Source: an uncultured Bdellovibrionales bacterium (lineage in GTDB: Bacteria > Patescibacteriota > Minisyncoccia > Moranbacterales > UBA1568). From it: DNA of 64,000 nt. The position numbers were made by a program, and so were the translations under genes. Where the stretch lies: positions 292,824 through 356,823 of the forward strand of contig CAZTBI010000001.1 in NCBI GenBank assembly GCA_964612055.1, read 5' to 3'. Shown one piece after another: positions 57,463 to 64,000 of the stretch. Below the pieces are notes generated by a model. That model had not been told where the DNA came from. It saw nothing but the letters and a program-made list of their open reading frames with translations, and ran no database searches. Within the stretch, counting starts at the first letter, position 1, and each line of letters starts with the position of its first letter.

Positions 57463-59161
57463 TTCGCTTCATATCTACAAGTTTGAGCTGAAGCGAAGTC
57501 GAGCCGTTCCAAGTATTTTCGTCCAAAGTAAAAGCAACATCGAGAACATCATTTTCCTTGAGATCAGGAAAGTTTTTCCCGAAGGAAAAGCCGATGGCAT
57601 CAAAACACTTCACTCCGCCTTGTGGCACGAGTGAGAGCTTGAGATGTTTCGCTCCGTTTCCCACGAGCCGCGCCTCACGTACTACCGCGTTCTCGAGAGC
57701 AAACACGGGCTCCGGATTCCCTTCGCCAAATGGTGCAAATGCCATAAGATCCCGGTACAGCTTTGGGGTCAGATGCTCCGGTCTTACTACGACATCGATC
57801 CACTGCTCCGGTTCCGTCACCACGTCAACCAATTTCTTTTCGACGAGCGCATTGAATTTCTCATAAAATTCATCCATACGATCATTCTTGATGGTCATCC
57901 CAGCTGCCTGGGCATGGCCACCATACTTCTCGAGCATATCACCACACTCCTCAAGCGTTTCGATGATGTTGAGTTCCGGAATGCTGCGAAATGATCCCGT
58001 GCTGGTCAGTTCACCCTTGGTCATGATACAGGTCGGCTTGTGGAGCTCATGAGCGATACGACCAGCGATCAAACCTACGACACCATAGGGAAAGTGTTCG
58101 TCAGCAGCAAAAATAAATTTTTTATCAGCATATTTTTCCAAAGCGATTTTTCGTACCTGATCCGTTACTTCCGTACTAATTTTCTGACGTCTCACATTAC
58201 AGTCCTCAAGCTCAAGAGCGAGTATTCGAGCTTCTGCCTGGTCTCGTTCCATGAGAAGACGGTGAGCCAACATAGCGTGCGCCATCCGTGAAGCCGCGTT
58301 GATACGCGGCGCAATCTGAAAACCAATCATCCGGGCATTCGGCTGGTTGTCCTCATCAATCTTGATTTTTCCTACCGCAAACATCTCCTGAAATCCAACT
58401 CGACGCGTTTTAGAAAGGACGATCAGGCCATACTTCACGATCACGCGATTCTCACCGATAAGCGGCATGACATCGGCCACTGTGCCAGTAGCCACCACAT
58501 CAAGGAGCCACTTCAACTGATCGGTTTCTTCCGGCAAATAACGCTGATAAAGCGCCTGCGCCACCTTGAAGCTCGTCCCGGCACCGCAGAGCTCTCGGAA
58601 AGGATAAGTTTCGGTCGGGACTTTCGGATTGACGATAGCGTACGCTTCGGGCATCACTTCCGGCACATGGTGGTGGTCGACGACGATAGTAGCAATACCA
58701 CGCCGCTTGGCTTCGGCTATAGCATCGTGGTTCATGATGCCGCAATCAAGCGTCAAAACCAGTTTGATACCCTTGCTTTCGAAAAAATCGACAGCCAGAG
58801 TATTGAAGCCATGGCCTTCGTTTACCTTTTCTGGAATGTAGACTTCGACCGGTACACCAATCGCCTGCAACGCTTCACGCATAATAACCGATGAGGTCAC
58901 GCCGTCCGCATCAAAATCACCAAACACTCCCACTGTTTCCAGATTAGCTCGTGCTTCACCGAGACGTGTCACGATCTTTTCCATATCCCGAAAGAGAAAC
59001 GGGTCATGGATATCACGCTCAAAATTTGGCGAGAAGAAAAGATCACGAGCCTCCTTGTCGACATAGCCACGCTCCTTCAAAAGCGCTTCCGTCACCGGGT
59101 GGAGCTCTTCGTTCCCGCTGCTCTCCGGCAGTTTTGCAATTTTATATTTCCATTGAGGCAT
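57458..59161 (-). CDS. recJ: ssDNA exonuclease RecJ
   Basis: GDFDADGVTS, TLDCG, DHH, GTVADV.PL, GGHAQAAG, PFGEGNP.P. Confidence 0.96.
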   Translation of the reverse strand: MPQWKYKIAKLPESSGNEELHPVTEALLKERGYVDKEARDLFFSPNFERDIHDPFLFRDMEKIVTRLGEARANLETVGVFGDFDADGVTSSVIMREALQAIGVPVEVYIPEKVNEGHGFNTLAVDFFESKGIKLVLTLDCGIMNHDAIAEAKRRGIATIVVDHHHVPEVMPEAYAIVNPKVPTETYPFRELCGAGTSFKVAQALYQRYLPEETDQLKWLLDVVATGTVADVMPLIGENRVIVKYGLIVLSKTRRVGFQEMFAVGKIKIDEDNQPNARMIGFQIAPRINAASRMAHAMLAHRLLMERDQAEARILALELEDCNVRRQKISTEVTDQVRKIALEKYADKKFIFAADEHFPYGVVGLIAGRIAHELHKPTCIMTKGELTSTGSFRSIPELNIIETLEECGDMLEKYGGHAQAAGMTIKNDRMDEFYEKFNALVEKKLVDVVTEPEQWIDVVVRPEHLTPKLYRDLMAFAPFGEGNPEPVFALENAVVREARLVGNGAKHLKLSLVPQGGVKCFDAIGFSFGKNFPDLKENDVLDVAFTLDENTWNGSTSLQLKLVDMKRK

Positions 59162-59203
59162 AGTTCAAAATATACTACTTCATAACTTCCAATAGGTTTC
59201 CAC

Positions 59204-59327
59204 TCCCAAGAATTCTCTTGGGCACGCCTGGAGCCGAAAGCATGGTCTTTCCGTTCTTACGGAAAGTTTCGGCGAAGAGTAGCGAAAACCCGCTGGGGTT
59301 TTCGTGGCACAAGAGAGTTGCTTGGGA
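59204..59327 (+). ncRNA. Structured dispersed element, copy C
   Basis: TCCCAAG-AATTCTCTTG / CAAGAGAGTT-G-CTTGGGA stem, GCATGGT bulge, CGCTGG loop. Confidence 0.55.
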
Positions 59328-59381
59328 AGGAAAACCCCTATAGACAGCAAAAACAACAGCTTTTACAGTCTAACACAAAAG

Positions 59382-59408
59382 AAAAACCCGCGCTTTTCAC
59401 GCGGGATT
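59382..59408 (-). terminator. Intrinsic terminator after dnaJ
   Basis: CCCGCG/CGCGGG stem with T-run on minus strand. Confidence 0.6.
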
Positions 59409-59425
59409 GCCCCTGAATATCAGAC

Positions 59426-60508
59426 TCATTCCAAATCACGAAGCGCTTCAATAGCCCGTTTTTCCTCTGAAGAAAGCTTTTTTGGAACAGTGAGAGTAAC
59501 AGAAACCAAGTGGTCACCGCGGCCATAACGCTGAAGATGTGGCGTCCCCTTACCCTTAATACGGAATACTTCCCCTGGCTGAGTACCGGCTGGAATCTTC
59601 ATGATCACTTCTCCTTCGATGGTCTCAATCGAGACCTTGGCTCCGAGCGTTGCCTCGGTGTAGCTCATGGCATACTGCGAAACAATATCGTCACCACGCC
59701 GAACCAGGGTCTTGTGCGGCCGGACATGAACATTGACGAAAAGATCTCCTGAGCGACTCCCTCTTTCTCCTGCCGCCCCATGACCGGAAAGTGAAAGCGT
59801 CTGACCATCACTGATACCAGCCGGAATATCAATCGAGACTGATTCTTCCCGTTGTGTTCGTCCAGCCCCGTGACAACTCTGACACTGCTCCGCATAAGTC
59901 TTGCCTCGTCCCTGACAACGATCACAGACCACTGCTTGCTGCATCGTCCCGAAAATACTCTGCATAGTACGGCGTACCTGACCAGCGCCATTACACTCCT
60001 TACACGTTGATTCTTTCGAACCGGGTTTTCCACCCGTTCCACGACACGTCTCACATTCTGACATTTTCCGAAGTGCGATATCACGCTTGGCGCCACGTAC
60101 CATTTCTTCGAAGGAAATTTCGACATCGACTTGGATATCAGCGCCCGCGTGCGACCGGCCACGGCCACCCATACGTCCACCAAACAAATCCGAAAAGACA
60201 TCCTCAAAGCCAGAACCATTGAAGTCAAAGCCCTGGCCATTGAAACCAGAAAAATCAAACCCACCAAATCCCTGGCCGGCACCGCCACCCTGCCCCTGGC
60301 TATGATAGTCCTGACCGGTATGATCGTAACGAGCGCGCTTTTCTTTATTTGAAAGCACCTGGTAAGCCTCATTGATCTCCTTGAACTTCTTCTCGTCGCC
60401 AGTACCCTTGTCAGGATGGTACTGGTGCGCCAGTTTCCGGAAGGCTTTTTTGATCTCGTCTGGGGATGCGCCACGTGCGACACCGAGCGTACTGTAATAA
60501 TCAGCCAT
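59426..60508 (-). CDS. dnaJ: Chaperone DnaJ
   Basis: J-domain HPD, G/F-rich region, four CxxCxGxG. Confidence 0.96.
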   Translation of the reverse strand: MADYYSTLGVARGASPDEIKKAFRKLAHQYHPDKGTGDEKKFKEINEAYQVLSNKEKRARYDHTGQDYHSQGQGGGAGQGFGGFDFSGFNGQGFDFNGSGFEDVFSDLFGGRMGGRGRSHAGADIQVDVEISFEEMVRGAKRDIALRKMSECETCRGTGGKPGSKESTCKECNGAGQVRRTMQSIFGTMQQAVVCDRCQGRGKTYAEQCQSCHGAGRTQREESVSIDIPAGISDGQTLSLSGHGAAGERGSRSGDLFVNVHVRPHKTLVRRGDDIVSQYAMSYTEATLGAKVSIETIEGEVIMKIPAGTQPGEVFRIKGKGTPHLQRYGRGDHLVSVTLTVPKKLSSEEKRAIEALRDLE

Positions 60509-60564
60509 AGATACGGTAATAAAACTCTGTTATACGCCCTGTATGATAGCGGAAAAAACAAAAA

Positions 60565-60591
60565 TTAGCAATCCCTACAGAAGAGTGCTAA
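60565..60591. promoter_or_regulatory. CIRCE (HrcA operator) overlapping the dnaJ -35 box
   Basis: TTAGCAATC-N9-GAGTGCTAA, one mismatch to consensus; promoter TTGCTA-17bp-TATCAT on minus strand (60571-60543). Confidence 0.85.
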
Positions 60592-60604
60592 CGTAGCCAT
60601 CCAA

Positions 60605-61636
60605 CTACGGGAGCAAGATATCCTGCTCCTTCATAACCTTTTCCAGCTTGATCCAGCCAAAAAACAAGGCTGCCCGGAAAAGAAGAAAGCTCCATACAAT
60701 CCAAAGAAATGATACCACTGATCCGAGAGGCAGGAGCGTCAGGAAAAGGAGTAGGCTCAACACAAACGGAATGATGGTTGGAGAAAAATGTTCCGAAGCC
60801 TGCTCTCCACTCAAAGCCGTAATGATCTTGTGCTGGATCGCTAAAGAAAAAACATCAGAAATTTTTTCGTCTCCAGAAACAACTCTTCCGACCAAAGAAG
60901 CAATTTGATCACGACCCGCACGGAGATACAACTCTTGTGAAACAGCCTTTTCATCAAGTACCTGGCCCAAGACTCCCTGTTTCAGATAATCCGCCAAAGT
61001 TGGCGATGCAGCTGCTTGAGAGAGAATATCTGGCGGAAGCGTTTCATCTTTCTTCAGGCTCAAGAGAAATTCATCCACCGTCGTCCCTTCAGTTGCGAGA
61101 CTTTTCCACTCGGGATAAAGATAGGATGAGGTTTTGAAAACAGCGGTAGCCGTTCCTTCTCCGATACTGAAACGCTTCACCAACTCTTCCCAAGATTCTT
61201 TCTGTATGGAAACAAAGTACGCCCCCGAAAGAGCCAAAGAAAGAGCCAAGACAAAGGTGAGTGATCCCGCTCTCACACTCCGAAAGAAATGAAAACGCAC
61301 CCGATCCGCAATCTCTTGCTGGGTAAATCTCGTACTCAAGAAAGCTAAGAATCCAGAGAAAACAGCGAGACCAAAATAATACCACGAATGAACAAAGAGG
61401 AAGCTGGGCAAGAAAAGAGCCAGTGCCCCAAGCAACTGAAGCCAAAACGCCTGCCAGACCACCGCACCAAGAAGAAAACCTGCCCCAAGAAACGAAAACC
61501 AAATCAGCGCTAACGAAGTATTGTAAGGATCCGGATTGAGCGACGCTTCAAAAAACACCTTCCACGAACCAAGAGAGAGGAGCCCGGTTACTAGAATTAT
61601 AAAGACTCCAAAAATTTCACGGTGAGTGAATTTCAT
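60605..61636 (-). CDS. Hypothetical membrane protein
   Basis: Multiple TMs with a soluble loop; directly downstream of mltG. Confidence 0.7.
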   Translation of the reverse strand: MKFTHREIFGVFIILVTGLLSLGSWKVFFEASLNPDPYNTSLALIWFSFLGAGFLLGAVVWQAFWLQLLGALALFLPSFLFVHSWYYFGLAVFSGFLAFLSTRFTQQEIADRVRFHFFRSVRAGSLTFVLALSLALSGAYFVSIQKESWEELVKRFSIGEGTATAVFKTSSYLYPEWKSLATEGTTVDEFLLSLKKDETLPPDILSQAAASPTLADYLKQGVLGQVLDEKAVSQELYLRAGRDQIASLVGRVVSGDEKISDVFSLAIQHKIITALSGEQASEHFSPTIIPFVLSLLLFLTLLPLGSVVSFLWIVWSFLLFRAALFFGWIKLEKVMKEQDILLP

Positions 61637-61645
61637 GGCATTGAT

Positions 61646-62659
61646 TTAAAGACCATGGAGCGAGCGATTGCGGATATGCTCCTCAAACGTCTTGGCAAAG
61701 AATGTTTCTCCTGTATCGAGGTCGACCAAGAAATAAAAGTAGGGATTACTCTTTGGAAAAATAGCTGCCCGGAGCGACATGAGACTCGGACTACTGATTG
61801 GTCCTGGCGGTAAACCCTGATTGCGATAGGTATTGTATGGCGAATCAACTTCTGTGTCTTTGATGGTTGGCTGAAGCCGTGTGGTGCCATGGATATAATT
61901 GACCGTGGCATCACTCTGGAGCGGCTGACCGATAGCAAGACGCTTCCAAAAAATATCACTGATCATGTCACGTTCTTCCATAGTCCGACCCTCTTCTTCG
62001 ATGATGCTGGCCAAGGTCACGATAGAAAATAGGCTGTGCCCGGACTGCGCCACCCCCTGCCTGAGAGCAGCGTCATACCTCTTACCAAAATTCTTCAACA
62101 TTGAAACGATGATGTCCTCTGCTTTTGCTTCGGGAGCAAAAAAGTAAGTGTCAGGAAAAAGATACCCTTCGAGCGAGGCATTCTGTGGTAAATCACTCAA
62201 GAAATCAAATTCTGTTCTCCAAGAAGGATTTGGTTTCTGTGCCAAGATAAGAAACTCTTCACCGGGAAGACTATTGGCCGTCAGTCGCTCAGATATCTTC
62301 TGCGCTGTCCATCCTTCAGGAAAAGTCACTTTAATGTCTCGAGAAATCGTCTTTCCAGAAGTCACCATGAGCGCTATTTCCGGAACAGTCATCGCTCCTG
62401 AGAGCATGTATTGTCCAGCGATCACCTGACGCGTTTTCTCTTCGTGAAAGAGATACCAGAAAAAAGTGTAGCGAGAAAAAATAACACCACTCTCCTCGAG
62501 GCGCTTGCCCAGAGTCAGGACGTCCTCATTAGGCCTGACATCGAAGCGCTGCTCACTTTTCAGTGTTCCGGTAAAATGATCCGTGGCATACGAACCAAAG
62601 AGAAAAAACCCGACTACCGCGAGAGAGAAGAAAGCAGCAATGAAAATAAAGACGCGCAC
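61646..62659 (-). CDS. mltG: Endolytic transglycosylase MltG
   Basis: VTFPEG, LEGYLFPDTY, LASIIEEE, LQSDATV.Y, SPYNTY...GLPPGPI. Confidence 0.94.
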   Translation of the reverse strand: MRVFIFIAAFFSLAVVGFFLFGSYATDHFTGTLKSEQRFDVRPNEDVLTLGKRLEESGVIFSRYTFFWYLFHEEKTRQVIAGQYMLSGAMTVPEIALMVTSGKTISRDIKVTFPEGWTAQKISERLTANSLPGEEFLILAQKPNPSWRTEFDFLSDLPQNASLEGYLFPDTYFFAPEAKAEDIIVSMLKNFGKRYDAALRQGVAQSGHSLFSIVTLASIIEEEGRTMEERDMISDIFWKRLAIGQPLQSDATVNYIHGTTRLQPTIKDTEVDSPYNTYRNQGLPPGPISSPSLMSLRAAIFPKSNPYFYFLVDLDTGETFFAKTFEEHIRNRSLHGL

Positions 62660-62670
62660 ACGCGAGAGAA

Positions 62671-63114
62671 TTAGAGGCCGATTACCTGAATGACGACATC
62701 GCGTTTACGTGAACCGTCAAATTCCACAGCGAAAATATTTTGTCGTTCAGTCAGTATGAGTTTTCCTTTTTCTACCGGAATCGTTTCACTGTTCCCAAGG
62801 AGAATAGCCTTGCAATGAGAATGGCCGTTACTTCTACCATCTGCTGTACCGGACTTTCGACGGAGCTCAAAGAGGTCGTGGGAATACTGGGCGTCAACTG
62901 GCACGATCTTGTACAGTACACGCATGAAATCCTGAAGCAGCATCGGCTCATTGTGATTAATAGCCACACCCATCGTGGTATGCGGCACATAAACCAGCAC
63001 CTGCCCCTCACGGATACCGGAACGGTCAATGACCTCCTGAACCTGGTCAGTGATGTCTATAAACTCGATCTGCGCCTTACTCTCCAGATCAATTCTCTCC
63101 TTATGGATTTTCAT
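62671..63114 (-). CDS. yjbQ: YjbQ/UPF0047 family protein
   Basis: DITDQV, PHTT, NGHSH.K, EFDG.R.R. Confidence 0.88.
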   Translation of the reverse strand: MKIHKERIDLESKAQIEFIDITDQVQEVIDRSGIREGQVLVYVPHTTMGVAINHNEPMLLQDFMRVLYKIVPVDAQYSHDLFELRRKSGTADGRSNGHSHCKAILLGNSETIPVEKGKLILTERQNIFAVEFDGSRKRDVVIQVIGL

Positions 63115-63147
63115 ATTTTTTTTATTTTTCTCTCGAAGCCCGAAACT

Positions 63148-63459
63148 TTAGGCAGCTGCCAATGCTTCCTTGACCGTATCCTTGGACTGGACACCGATGA
63201 ATTCCTTCACTACTTGGCCACCCTTGAAAACCTTCATCGTTGGAATAGACATAATACCGTACTGTTCCGCGATCTCTGGGTGCTCATCGACATTTAACTT
63301 GCCTATCTTGGCAGTCGTGACTTCGCCGGACAATTCTTCAATTACCGGCCCCATGACCTGACACGGACCACACCATGGTGCCCAAAAATCAACCAATACC
63401 GGAGTATCATTCTTGAGTACTTCCTGATCAAAATTCTCTTTCGTAAATTCTACTGCCAT
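63148..63459 (-). CDS. trxA: Thioredoxin
   Basis: VLVDFWAPWCGPC, SIPT. Confidence 0.95.
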   Translation of the reverse strand: MAVEFTKENFDQEVLKNDTPVLVDFWAPWCGPCQVMGPVIEELSGEVTTAKIGKLNVDEHPEIAEQYGIMSIPTMKVFKGGQVVKEFIGVQSKDTVKEALAAA

Positions 63460-63523
63460 AACATTACACTGAAAATAAATTACATCTTTAGTATACTCAA
63501 AATAACCCTGAAAGGCAAAATCC

Positions 63524-64000
63524 CTAGAGCACTCCTAATTGTTTTAAATCATTTTCCAATTTTTCATAACTCTCGAAGAGAATTGGCGTATATCCAACTT
63601 CATGAGCTGTAACCAGGCTCTTCTCCGTGTCATCAATAAAGATGAATTCACTCGGCTCCACAGATAACATTTTGCAGAACATCCAAAACGCCTCTTTCTG
63701 GGGTTTCATATACCCCATTTCTTCAGAAGAACCAATGACATCAACAAGTGGAGTTATACCTTGTGAGTCCAGCCGCTCCCTGAGAGTTGTGTTGTAATTA
63801 CTCAATATGCCAATCTTATACCCTTTTTCCCTTAACGTCTTGATGAGCTCAAGAATATCCTGATTCACTTTCTTTTGCGCGTTTACCTCATTGATAAATC
63901 GGACGAAATCTTCCACCTGTTCTGCCTTACCCATATCAGAGGCTACGGACCGCCACAAATCATCCATGCTCACTCCAAGGAGATTGACCTTGTGATTGTG
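63524..64000 (-). CDS. HAD-family phosphatase (5' end beyond window)
   Basis: ILSN, KP, FIDD motifs; frame open to the window end. Confidence 0.8.
   Translation of the reverse strand, partial: HNHKVNLLGVSMDDLWRSVASDMGKAEQVEDFVRFINEVNAQKKVNQDILELIKTLREKGYKIGILSNYNTTLRERLDSQGITPLVDVIGSSEEMGYMKPQKEAFWMFCKMLSVEPSEFIFIDDTEKSLVTAHEVGYTPILFESYEKLENDLKQLGVL

Noticed and set aside
59665-60561. 298-aa alternative-frame ORF overlapping dnaJ
   Set aside because: Same strand but a different frame from an intact dnaJ; Arg/Val-rich composition typical of off-frame translation

Overview
Gene-dense bacterial chromosome segment with most genes on the minus strand. Gene content (ADP-forming acetate-CoA ligase, archaeal-type non-discriminating AspRS, MacAB-like exporter without TolC, no metabolic biosynthesis operons, core genes without Shine-Dalgarno motifs) suggests a Patescibacteria/CPR genome, probably Parcubacteria (inference, not verified). 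It holds translation, cell-shape, secretion and surface-glycan genes, two tRNAs (Lys-TTT, Val-CAC) and a CIRCE operator at dnaJ. No CRISPR array, integrase or transposase was seen. Most notable: (1) a co-oriented cluster of pyruvoyl decarboxylase, PQ-loop-like membrane protein, NNMT/PNMT-family N-methyltransferase, 7TM histidine kinase and double-receiver regulator (27517-32395), which looks like a make-export-sense circuit for a methylated amine; (2) three dispersed copies of a ~125-nt covarying three-way-junction element (42315, 49890, 59204); (3) a GC-rich block of secreted or lipoprotein genes, including a LysM protein with a beta-barrel-like domain; these and other orphan genes carry strong SD motifs that core genes lack; (4) SecD with an apparently circularly permuted parvulin insert; (5) a MITE-like insertion at a glycosyltransferase start codon and a two-copy 71-bp repeat. 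All calls come from reading motifs by eye; no searches were run.
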